From the NCBI RefSeq assembly GCF_009914755.1, contig NC_060932.1: 64,000 bases of DNA; one strand, written 5' to 3'. Positions 32,108 through 47,589 of this stretch are shown piece by piece. A program made the position numbers and the translations under genes. The stretch comes from the human T2T-CHM13v2.0 reference genome, Homo sapiens. Positions within the stretch are counted from its first letter, which is position 1, and every line of letters starts with the position of its first letter. The notes beneath the pieces were generated by a model. The model searched no databases. It saw only the letters and a program-made list of their open reading frames with translations, and was not told where the DNA came from.

Positions 32108-32270
32108 GGGTAAAGCTAATGAGGTGACCACCCCAGGAACAACATTTAAGGGTTGCTAAAAGTCTCCATAATCAAGATCAATATTTTAACACAATATTAA
32201 AAAAAACAAGTTAATGAAAAATAATTAAGGAAAAACAAAATATCAAATTTTAAAATAAAGACAGAATCAG
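32108..32270 (+). mobile_element. hAT DNA transposon fragment (Arthur1/MER69-like)
   Basis: atttaagggttgctaaaagtctccataatcaagat..aacaaaatatcaaattttaaaataaagacag resembles the recalled consensus. Confidence 0.45.
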
Positions 32271-32831
32271 TTTGGTGATCACTATAAGGGAATATTTATC
32301 AAGCAGCCTCCTATAATAAAAATATGACATGGCTATATCTTGGTATGATGGGATGTGTATCTTCTAAAGGATGATTCAGAAACAAAGTGGAAAATTAAGA
32401 GGGTTGAGGAGGGGACTTGAGAGGAACAGACAGCTTGGTGCTGCTCAGTGTCTGATTTGAACTTATAAAATGGAGAATTAACAAGGAGAGGTTGGAGCCT
32501 CAAGGATAACTCTTGGACAAGCAAAGTCAGTAAGTCAGAGAGGAGACACTGTAAAGCAAAACTCCTGAAAGACAAGGAATTGTTCTGTATGTCTATAAAT
32601 ATTTTTTTTTGGGGGTGGTATTATTAATAATACCAATGAAAACTTAATTTAGAAAATATAGTTTGAAAGAAAAGGCAGCAATGAAAGCTTGAATTTTAGC
32701 TCTGTGTCATTCATTAGTAGCAATAACAGTAGTTCTCATTTTATAAAGTTGCTGTAGGAATTGCATGAATGACTAATATACATTTACAGTATTACCACAA
32801 TAAACTGTCACATGCAATAACATAGTTACAT

Positions 32832-32958
32832 TTCTTTTTTTAAACTTTCACTTAAAGGTCAGGGTACAAGTGTAGTTTGTTACGTAGGTAAACTTGTGTC
32901 ATGGGGGTTTATTGTGCAGATTATTTTATCACCCATGTATTAAGTCTAGTACCCAGTT
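32832..32958 (-). mobile_element. Short L1PA13-like 3' terminus
   Basis: taggtaaacttgtgtcatgggggtttattgtgcagattattttatcaccc. Confidence 0.75.
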
Positions 32959-33271
32959 TCCTCAAATATTGCCTCTTTTTAAGTGTCTCTGCTAAACTTC
33001 TTAGTTTTTCTTTAAAGGTAACTATCATTAATCTTGGTCACATTATTTTCCATCACTCTTAACTTTTCTCACTAGTCATTCATATAATGTAATCTATGAA
33101 CATCCACTTGCTCTTTGGCATACTTATTAAGAGCCTTCTGATCTTTTCTCAAGGCTGTGGGATTCTACTATTCCTGAATTTTCCCCCTTCACCATCCTGG
33201 ATCTTCTTTCCTCTCTCTGTATTTGATTCCTGTTCCTCAATTTTATCATTTTAGCACAACGTACATACAAT

Positions 33272-34880
33272 GCTTGACAGAACTAAAAAAAAACTATTCT
33301 AAATTTTATATGGAACCAAAAAAAGAGCCCGAATAGCCAATGCAATCCTAAGCAAAAAGAACAAAGCTGGAGGAATCACATTGACTCACTTCAAACTATA
33401 CTGCAGGACTATAGTAACCAAAACAGTACGGTACTGGTACAAAAACAGACACATAGAACAATGGTAAAATAATAGAGAACCCAGAAATTAAGCCATATTC
33501 ATATAACCATCTGATCTTTGACAGAGCTGACAAAAACAAGCAATGGAGATAGGACTATATATTCAATAACTGGTGCTGGGAAAACTGGCTACCTGTATGC
33601 AGATGACTGAAACAGGACCTCTTCCTTACACCCTATATAAAAATCAACTCAAAATGGATTAATGATCTAAATGTAAAATCTACAACTATAAAACACTGGA
33701 AGACAAACTAAAAATAACGTTTTGGACACAGGAACTGGCAAAGATTTCATGATGTAAATGCCAAAAGCAATTGCAATTAAAGCAAACATTGACACATGAA
33801 ACCTAATCAAACCTAATCAAACCAAATCAAACCAAAGAGCTTCTGCATAGTAAAATAAACTATCTTCAGAGTAAACAGGCAACCTACAGAATGGGAGAAA
33901 ATATTTGCAAACTATACATCTGACAAGTGTCTAATATCCAGAATCTACAAGGAACTTAAACAAACATAAAAGCAAAAAACGAACAACCTCATTAAAAAGT
34001 GGGCAAAGGAGACATGAACAGACACTTTTCAAAAGAAGACATACATAAGGCCAACAAGCCTATGAAAAAATGTTCAATATCACTAATCACTAAAGAAATG
34101 CAAATCAAAACCACAATGAGATACCATCTCAGGCCTGTCAAAATGGCTACTATTAAGAAGTCAGAAAATAACAGATGCTGGTGAAGTCGGGGAGAGAAAG
34201 AAATGCTTATACAATGCTGGTGGGATTGTAAATTAGTTCAACCATTGTGGAAAGCAGTGTGGGGATTCTTCAAAGAATTAAAAACAGAATTGCCCTTTTG
34301 CCATTTGACCCAGTAATCCCACTCTAGTTATATACCTAAAGGAATATAAATCATTCTACCATAAAGACACATGCATGCCTAGGTTCATTGCAGAACTATT
34401 CATGAATCAACCTAAATTCCCATCAACAGTAGACTGGATAAAAAAACATGTGGTGCATATTCACCACGGAATACTATGCAGCCATAAGAAATAACAAAAT
34501 TATGTCCTTTGCAGAAACATGGATGGAACTTGAGGCCATTATCCTTCACGAACTAACACATAAACAGAAAACTCAATACCTTAATACCACGTGTTCTCAC
34601 TTACAAGTGGGAGCTAAATGATGAGAACACTTGGACAGAAAGAGGCGAACAACAGAAACTTGGGCCTACTTGTGATTGGAGGGTGGGAGCAGGGAAGGGT
34701 CTTGGAAAAAAAATCTGTTGGGTACTATGCTACTATGCTTAGTACCTGAAAGATGAAATAATCTGTACGCCAAACCCCTGAGACATGAGTTTACCTGTAA
34801 AACAAACCTGCGCATATATCCCTGAACCCAAAATAAAAGTTAAAATATTTTAAAATAAATAAATATTAATAAAAATATTT
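33272..34880 (+). mobile_element. 5'-truncated L1PA14/15-like
   Basis: ORF2 tail [21 protein letters not shown]; 3'UTR aataatctgtacgccaaacccctgagacatgagtttacc plus A-rich tail. Confidence 0.85.
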
Positions 34881-35338
34881 GAAATAGTGTGATAGGAAAT
34901 AAATCCTAGTGACTTTACATATCTTGTCTCCAATTTTTTCACTTCCTTAATTTTTTGTTTTAGTATATACTTTCATATTGAACACGAGTTTCCTTTTGAA
35001 TTTTTAGAACATTATGCAACTGACTTCCATCTTCTAGAGTTGCTACTGACAACACCAATTCTATTCTGATCCTCACTTTCATATTAAACCTTTGTTTTCC
35101 TCCTCTCTGAAAAGGTGTTAGGTCATATTTATCAACTAGGTATCTTGAAACTTTCTGGCAATATGTATTTATTTTTCAATGTACTTATGAATCTTTCCAG
35201 TTTGAAGATGTGTAAAATATTTTTCTGTATTATTTGGTGTGAATTTTTTCTATCTCTTGTTTGTCTTACACTAAGTTACAGCCTTCTGTGTTTCTTCTAT
35301 TTTCCCATATATTTTTATTCTTTTTGAATTATTTTTGA

Positions 35339-35767
<429 letters not shown>

Positions 35768-36388
35768 TATGTTCATATTTTTAAGAATGTATTCTTGTTT
35801 TCCGAAAATTTTTATTAAAATGTCATCTTTTTGTTCCATGTCCATAATACCTCCAATTTACATATGGTGATTGACTGTTATTTTATTGATTCTTTTATTT
35901 TTTGATGCCGCCTTTTGGTCATTATTATACACCTTTTCAGCCAATGTTTATTTAGCTTTGTCAATATGTGCATCACCTTCTATTATTTCACCTTTTCTTC
36001 TCAATTTTACTTTCTTCTACCTGAAATTCATTCTTGATTTTGCCAATAAGAGTTTGCAAGAGGAAGGCTTACTCAGTTTTTCTTTTGTAATGTTTTGCTT
36101 TGTTTTCTAGAATGTTAATTTTTGTCCTTATCTTATTTATTCTTGATTGATGATGGTTTTGTTGAGCTTAGATTATGAGGTTGATAATTGTTTGTATTTA
36201 GCACTTGGGATCTATTTTTTCTTTATCTTGTATCCTCTATTTTATTGATGAGAAAAACATTATCATTCCACTCTTTATGTCTTTGAAAGAATCTACCTTT
36301 TCTACTATTTTTTCTAATAGTTTTCTAAGTATATTTGAATGCATGTTCACTATGATTTGTCTGTTTATTAATATAGCTTCCTCCCTCA

Positions 36389-36460
36389 TATAGGCATTAA
36401 ATAGGCATTAAAATCTCTTAATATAGGTATTAAAAATCCTTAATATAGGCATTAAAATCC
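36389..36460. repeat. Degenerate ~22-bp tandem repeat (ataggcattaaaatcycttaat)
   Basis: 3-4 imperfect copies read directly. Confidence 0.8.
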
Positions 36461-37713
36461 CAAAATCCTGTCCATAAGTCATATATCTGTGTTTAAAACT
36501 TCCATAAATACCTGCAATATTATCTCTTGTTTTTTTAGTGTCTTGCTTAATTCTTAGCATCTAGAACTTCTTTCTTTTAAATTCAGCCATATTTTGCTGT
36601 ATCTATTCATAATCATATTACATTTAACATCTATGTTTCTTAGTAGCCATTCTTATCAAATCTATGTGTCATATTGCTTGAAGTTGAACCTGCTTTACAA
36701 GGCCATGCTAATTTTTAAAAAATTCCCACAGATGCTTTTGTGCAATATTGAAATTCTCACTAGCTTCTTTCTTCTCTGAAATGCCAAACTATTTATATGC
36801 CCCATGCAACCAAACATCGGATTGCATGTTACATGTTTTTCCTAGGAGTATTTGTATATGTATGACCTTTTTTGTTTTATCATAAACAATGTAAACTGTG
36901 TTCAAAGCAAGACATACCTTAATTCTAAATCCAATGTGACAATGAACTAGTCTTATAATAGATTTGGATTCTTAATCAAGGAAGTCTGACAAACCATATA
37001 AACTAAAAGTAAAGTATTATGCCTTATAGAAATTCAAGTTCATGAAGTACATTCATCTTCGCAACAATCTTGGGAGCCATATTTCATCATTTCATTTTAC
37101 ATATTAAGCACCTAAGGCTTGAGAAAGTATAGGTCCAAAGTCACACAGTTAAATCACAGTAGAGAAAGGGGTCAAGTTCATTTCTTCTGCTTAGTAGAGT
37201 ATCTTTACTACTGTTTTATATTTCATATGCTGTTTCCTTGCTTGAAAATTGGGGCTTCTGTGAGATTCAAGGAAGGCTATGCATGTGCCTTTGCTGCGTA
37301 AACTGCCAGGCGCTGCATAACTGAAAACCAAGGATGGCTATAATGCCAAGCAGCAGAATCCCTCCTCGACGGAGAGGACCCAAGCCTTTTATACCTTGGT
37401 TAATTACCATGGTGGCCATCTTGTCTTGACCAGGTTCCCTTGAAAGGATTTTAATGGAAGGGTAAAGCACTCAGAAAATCTGAGTAGGAGATCAACTCTT
37501 TCCATAGCATCATCTCCCCAACAAAGAGCTTGTCTTACTTGTTCATCTAAAAGGAAATAAACATATCGTGTCTCCTATCCTTAGCATTTTTGTTCCCTTG
37601 TCCAGAAGTGTGTCTCATCCTGTCAGTCTTGATACCTGTAGGATTTTATAGCTCTCTCTTCTAGGCTTGATGCTGCCTTTGTTATGATTCTTCTTCTAGC
37701 CAGGTCTCTACTG

Positions 37714-37771
37714 TGGCAGTGAAAGAGGGAACTGAGGTTATTTGGCAGTGAAAGAGGGAACTGAGGTTATT
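37714..37771. repeat. Perfect 29-bp tandem duplication
   Basis: tggcagtgaaagagggaactgaggttatt x2. Confidence 0.95.
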
Positions 37772-38673
37772 AGCCAGCTCATTCCAGGCAGAAACATCTC
37801 TCCCACACTTGGCTGGAATAGCTATATAAGCCCTTTATCGTTAGAAAAACAGAAAACCATTTAAAACTGAAGTGCAATTAGAGCCAATGTACTTCAAAGC
37901 AAGTGTATTTACATGTAGGCTAATTAAAGAAATCTTTAAAGAATTCAACATTACAGATGGTACACTGGGGAAAATGTATATTTGGTTATATCCTTCTTTC
38001 TCTCTCAATGCTAAATTGTACAATAAGCACATATTCATTTATAGAATTCTCTCAAGTTGTTATGGCAACTGAAATTTAGGGTCAGACAGAAAATGCATTG
38101 TTGCCATTGTTCTCTGAGCCTAAAGAAAAAGAGTTTTAAAATCTGGTATGAACTTTGAACATCACAGAAAAAGAGGAAGTTTACTTTTGTTGCCTGTGAT
38201 TCCATATCTAGATTTCAGTCTCTTCTCTGACAAACTTCATTATGTCTTAAACTTCAGTTTCTTTCCAAATAATCTTGTTCCACATAAATAATTGAATATC
38301 AAGTAATTTAGAGTTATTTTTTATGAATTAATGTCATTTTTGTTATGTCTAGTGAAAATTTATTTACTTACGTTTTATTTAGATAATGTTGCAGGGATTG
38401 ATACAAACCCTATTTAATGATCTTTGACATATTTCAGATTAGTTTTCATATCTATAAAATGGGTTTGATAAAACAAGGCCCCTTAGAAGCCTATAATAAT
38501 AAAAACACATAGGAGAAAACTCTTCAAAAATAGTAATTTATAAGGGTATTTTCATATGCATTTCAAAACTTTCATTTATTCATCCAGAAAATGTGGATAA
38601 TGCATTTAATATGTGCAAATACACACTAAGAAAAGGCAAAATAAAATAAAATTTAGTGTTTGTCCTCAGGAAC

Positions 38674-41030
38674 TCACCTGTTAGGCAGTAACCTCGATAA
38701 GCTGAAGTTCTGGCCAAGGGTGAAGAAAATATTAAATAGATTGCAATAGGAAAATAATGAATTTCAATTTTAGCCTTTATCAGCAGAGACTATAGCTTGT
38801 TTTATTAAGCTGCCTAAACTAATAAGAAATCAGTCTTATTGTCAAAGTGTATACAGAGTACTATGAAAATTCACAGAAAAGACTATCATCCTTTAGTAAG
38901 GAAGAGGTATCTGATTTTTCTCTTGGCCTGCTCCTATTTTCTTGGCCTCAACTCTAATTCTAGCTGTGCTACGGCTGTGGCACACAGGTCCATGGTGGGG
39001 TCGGCTTATTTCTCACAGAAAGCTTCCCACTTCAAGCCCACAATATGTTTCTCCAGCATGCTGACACAGGGCATCTGTGACACCATAGCTGGGGAAATGC
39101 ATAGAATCTTGCTCAGACATACACACATACACAGCCAGAAGTTCAGGAGTTGCCCTGGAGCAACCCTGAAACAACAGGGTCAGGAGAGGATAGCTGAATT
39201 GTCTTTCCCTGTTAGAGTCCCTCATGCCTTCTTTTTGATATTGACTCTCAAATAAACCGCATGCATAACTATATTGACTCAGGCTGTGCTTACAGAGAGA
39301 GTCTGGGTTAAGGCAACTGCCCTAGGAGTAGACTTTGAAAGCCAGTCCCCAGGAGGGATCCTACAACTGGATCAATCACCCATGAGATGACGAGAATCTC
39401 ATTGTTATTAATAAGAGGAGATGGAGATAACAGAATTTGCACCTTTTACCATTGAAACAACTAAAACTCTCATTTGGTAATGTGGCAGAACTGGAATGTG
39501 CTTCATGAAGAAGGAGGCAGAACTGAGTTGTGTCATAGCTCTATCCTTTCAATGGCATAATGTTATGATAATCATTAGGCTTTGAGATTATCCAGCTTGG
39601 ATGTGCTGCATGGGAAGCCTTGCAAAAAAGAAGATGAAAGGCTCAGGTTAGGCAACCGTCATCTTCATGCACTCCAAAAACCCACAGAGTCTACAAGGGA
39701 TTGTTTAAAGATAGTTTATATATAAAGAAACTCTTATCTCCTGTATCTGCAGGCAAGAATGTATTGAAAATGAGACTTAACTTCTATTTGATAATGATGG
39801 AATGATTGTTGAAAGTCTTAGCTAACAACCAGTCTGAAAATGACCAGCAAAAGTGGTGTCTATCTTACAGGATCAGGTACATATGCAGTAAGTCAATAGC
39901 TGACATATAGCGTGCTCTCACTAACAAATAGGGCAGATGGATGCAGGACCCAAAGGGCCAATGCAGCATCAGCTTCACTTCCATCACTTTCAGTGTTCCA
40001 CATGTGGAGAGTCTACTATTCTTCCCCACAACCTTAGACTCTGCTGGTTTGAAGTCATAGCACACAGCATCAATATCAGGTTACTTTAGGCTTCTCATGC
40101 CTGTGAATCAACTGACAAAGGAAGTTTTATAATGAAATGGGTCATAGAACATGAGGAACCGGGGGTTCTGCTCCAGAGTCACAACATGGGTGTGTGTCTG
40201 TCACCAAGGATGTCCTTTGTGCCCTTCTTCCCCGTGATAATGGCAAGTGGGCAACTACTGCAATTGAGACCTGCGAGAACAAGGCTAGGATATTAGTTTC
40301 ATCAGGAATGGGGTCTTTGTCACCCATTAGGCAGGTAGCCCAGAGAAGCTGAAGTTCTGGCCAAAGGTGAAGGAAATATAAAATAGGTTGTAATAGGGAA
40401 ATAATTTCAATTTTAGCCTTTATCAGTGGCTGAAGCTTGTTTTATTGAGCTGCCCATATTAGATCTTTTTTACAGACTTGTAGCTGTCAAACTTTGATGA
40501 CTCGGTAATATATTAGACAACATAGGACACACACAAACAATGCAAAGGTAGACTATTAGACGCCTCTTATGCATAATGTCACATCCTCATCCAGGACTTG
40601 CAATAATTCCATCTGTGGCTAGAGCAAATGGTCCTGTACAGGCTTTAGACCACATTGCACTGACAGTGTTACACCTTAAGCTTGTATCTCACATCTTTTG
40701 TTTACTTCCTGGGCCTTCTTTGCCATTATGGACATCAGTATGATGGCCTTGGCATTCATTCACAACAGCTAAGCGTTACAGAGACAATCCTTACCAATGG
40801 GGCACAGGAGACAACAGACAAATAAATGTCTCTGCCTGTCATTCCTGGAAGACAATTTGGGGTAAAATTCTACACATTACTAGAAGATACTGCTCAGCTC
40901 AAGACTCTGTTAGAAGAGCGCTGACCATATCAGCACATTTCTAATTTTTTTTAACCTTATCTAGATCAGTGAACTCCTACTCCCTAAGATCACCACCCAA
41001 ATAAACTACACAAAGTCTCCTATCTTATCA
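38674..41030 (+). mobile_element. Ancient ERVL remnant (LTR16-family LTR, internal fragment, second LTR-like piece)
   Basis: aaataaaccgcatgcataac..gactcaggctgtgctt..ctgggttaaggca LTR end near 39315; second cccaaataaactac near 41000; very diverged. Confidence 0.45.
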
Positions 41031-41228
41031 ATGGCTCCACTCTCCACTCCACGGAAAAGTAAGATGAAAAGTGTCATAAAATTGTGGCAATGATTCCTAA
41101 GGAATGCAAAAGAGATGTCCAAGTTTTTGAGCAGAAATGAGAAGGGAGTTGGGACATCATGCTCATAAACAGACAAGAATAAAAGAATTTATCCAACATA
41201 AAAAAAGTCATCAGTAACAGAGAAGCTT

Positions 41229-41268
41229 ACTTTAGAGAGACAATTCTCACTTTAGAGAGACAATTCTC
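41229..41268. repeat. Perfect 20-bp tandem duplication
   Basis: actttagagagacaattctc x2. Confidence 0.95.
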
Positions 41269-42584
41269 CACCTGTATTAAAAAGTAGAATTAGTAGTGTT
41301 GTCAATGTATGCATTTAGATTAGTTCTTCACTATTGTAGCAGGCACAGCTCCAATGAGGGAGTTGTGTACAGTTTATATGAGTGTCAATATATTAAATTA
41401 TTGTAAGGGCCAGTAGGTGATATAAAGGGTTGTTTTTGTCTAGTTGGAGATTCTAATTAAATGAAGACCACATGTCATTCTAACGTGGGCTGCGTTATTC
41501 AGCTTAAGCTGGTAGCCATGTGGAAGAACAGGCAGATATGTCAGACCTGGGAAGTACTTTTCTTATGTAATTAGAAAAAAATTAAATTAGTTGTGGAAAT
41601 TTAAGAATATTTACAGAAATAATTTTGCTGAAAGATACAACCAATAATATGGCTGTGTGCAAATATATATATATATATAGTTATATAGAAATATAGTTAT
41701 AACTATAGAAGTATAGTTATAAAATCTAAAAATAAAAAATGTAAAGTATAAAATGACAGTAATAATAAATACTCAAGCTTCACATTGACAGAAATAAATT
41801 AATCAACTTACATAAAATCCCTGGCACAAGTCTTTGGACAAAGATAATTGGTATTAATAATATTATCCATATCCAAATAGTTATTAGTTGTTATTCTTAT
41901 TTCAAAATTTTGCCCCTGTGGTTAACATAGCTACCAATTTCACTTAGTTGCTTAACAAATCTTTATTGAGACCTGTCATGTGATTACTTATCCATCATAA
42001 ATTTATACAAATAGTCAGTTGCTCTTCTTTCCTTCTTTCCTTTTTTCATTTTTTCTTCCTCCTATCCTCCTTTCTCAAATGGACAAGCTCTGCATTTTCC
42101 AGTATCTACCTTTAGGTTATGGCACTATTCAGTAAGTTCAGAAAGGTATTATTTCACCTAAGGGTTCTGGTTCAGGAGTCGTTAGTGAAATGTCACAATA
42201 ACAAAGACAAGTCAATGCAGTTTGCAGTCTTATTAAATTGATATCAGTTTAGAAGAATAAACTTAATTAGTAGAATAAATTAACTGCAAACTTTAATCTG
42301 TTAATGTTGAATTTTTTTTAACTTCAATATGTAGTTAGAGGCTTCTTTTCATATAGTGCTCGGAATTTAGATACATTAACCAGCTTTTCAGCAAATGTCA
42401 CTTACCATAAGTTAGTTATTGTTTGTTTGTTTTTTGGGTATGTCAATTATATGTAAACATGGGGAAGCATTTCTAATTAATGTATTCATCAAATGTTATT
42501 TGTTTTAAAATAATTTTATTGTCCTTCATTACTAGGTTCTAAAATTGATATGATACTGAGATACTTAACTGTTAACTGTTGACA

Positions 42585-45552
<2,968 letters not shown>

Positions 45553-47489
45553 TAAAAGGTAGTAAACTATACCTTCTTAGGAAATGTTCCAAATTTCAAC
45601 ATCACTCATTTACCGGTCTAATATGTTGGCATTATTAAACCAAAAAAAAATATTTTCTTCATCTGTACACATGCTATAGATGATCAAGGTAAGCATACAT
45701 GATCATTTTCTCCCAAAGGTCTGATGAGACAGTTTTGCTCATACTCCTCAAACAGTCTGTTTTTGCCTTTGTTCATGTTTTTTTGGGGAGGTCCAGAGTT
45801 TTCATCTTTTGTGTTAAATTAGTCACTCAACGGAAGTGGCCAACAAAGTTTTGAGCTTCTCTATGTTTTCAGTATTGCACTGAGTGCTAGAGAATAAAAG
45901 CTAAATAAGGAAATGTTCTTGTTCTGAACAGCCCCATTGATTAAAATAATGTAAAATAATTTTTCAACTGTCTACACTTCCAAAATATATACATAAGTAG
46001 TAATGTGAAAGTTTTAAAACTTTTCTTGAGGATGAGGCTAAGTTTCATAAGAACTTTGGTGTCATATTAAATAAGATTATTGAGTTTATTAAATGAATAG
46101 TGAAATGATGTGAGTTGAGACAGAAAAGACACAACATGAACACCAAATATTTAAATACACCTGTACTTTTAAAATGTTATAGTTTTAGGAGCTTCAAATT
46201 CTTTTGTCAGGGATCAACAATAGTGTAACAGTAAAAACTGTGTGCTTTGCTGGTGATCCTGATTCCAAAATCAATGCAAGTCATTAAAAATATTAAGCAT
46301 GAAAATTATATGGTCAGATTTGCAGTTTAGCAATAGCACTCTGCCATCAATGTGGGAGATAAAGAATGGTGAAAACTGAAACACAGATAACAGTTATGGA
46401 ACATTGCAACAATGCAGAAAAATAGTATTTTCAGCCAAAATCTTGGTAATTGGTGCAAATATGAGGTAGATAGGAACTATCTTAAGCAAAATGAATTATT
46501 AGGGGTTACTGCCTGGTTATATAAAGGGATTAAATATTTCTGGTAGTGTTAATAATAGGACAGTAATTAAAATAGGTAAAAAGAAAGTAGCATGAGTAGG
46601 GGGAATGTAAAATAAGTTAATTTCTGAGCCTGCTAATACAGAAGGATCTGAGGGGCAACCTGGTGGGGAGTCTGGTAAACAATGGGATAGACTTATTGAA
46701 TGGTATAGCTTAGACTGCAGTTCTAGGAATGTGGCATACATTTGCAAGTTATCCATTCATGCAGGTGGTAGAAGTGGTGGGCATAGATGAGCCCTGTATA
46801 AACAAGAACATTTTATTGGGAAGCTAAAAAAAAATGCAACTCAAAGAAGGGAACATAGAGAAGTCAAAGGACCCATAGTTGGAGACATAGAAGAATTTGA
46901 ACCTCTGTGCTGTCTCCCAAATCTTCCCCATGAGAATCACTCTCTTTCCTTGGCATCCAACAATAATTACATGCCAATAGAAGCATTATTATCTTTAATT
47001 CTAATCTTGAATTATAGATGCTTATTGCTTGCCTTATCTGCTTTACCATTTTGTAATACAGGGGAAAAGAGATGGGGGCAAGATTTGTGACTAGTGACTG
47101 GTTTTGTTTGTTTGTTTGTTGTTGTTGTTTAGTTTTCCAGAGTGTTTCACACATTGCTTTTAATAATTGTGGCTGCTCACTGAACATGTTTCAAATTTAC
47201 ATATCATTGAGTAAACTACTCTTAGATAATGTAAAAAAATAGAACCCAAGCAAAGAGAAAATGGGCCAACTGGAGCATCAAGAAGGAAGGTGACTTTCAA
47301 GGAGAATTCTGGAATAGATATTTGAACAAGGCCATAGACCGCATTTCCATGAGGAGCAAAGGGGAGGGTATATTCCAATGTCTGGGAACTGAGAGCATGA
47401 GCACCTGGTGCTGAAAGTACAGACAAATAAAATGGCTGGTGCACTGTTCCTCAAAGAAGTTCACATCTGGGTGTAAGAATAAAGAAACA

Positions 47490-47589
47490 CCCTGGGAGGC
47501 AGAGCTTGCAGTGAGCCGAGATCGCACCACTGCACTCCAGCCTGGGGGACAGAGCGAGACTCTGTCTCCAAAAAAAAAAAAAAAAAAAA
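47490..47589 (+). mobile_element. 5'-truncated AluY 3' end
   Basis: ggaggcagagcttgcagtgagccgagatcgc plus A-tail; TSD aaagaaaca at 47481-47489 and 47587-47595. Confidence 0.9.

Noticed and set aside
36389-37771. Short repeats as a CRISPR-like array
   Set aside because: Eukaryotic context; adjacent tandem copies without unique spacers.
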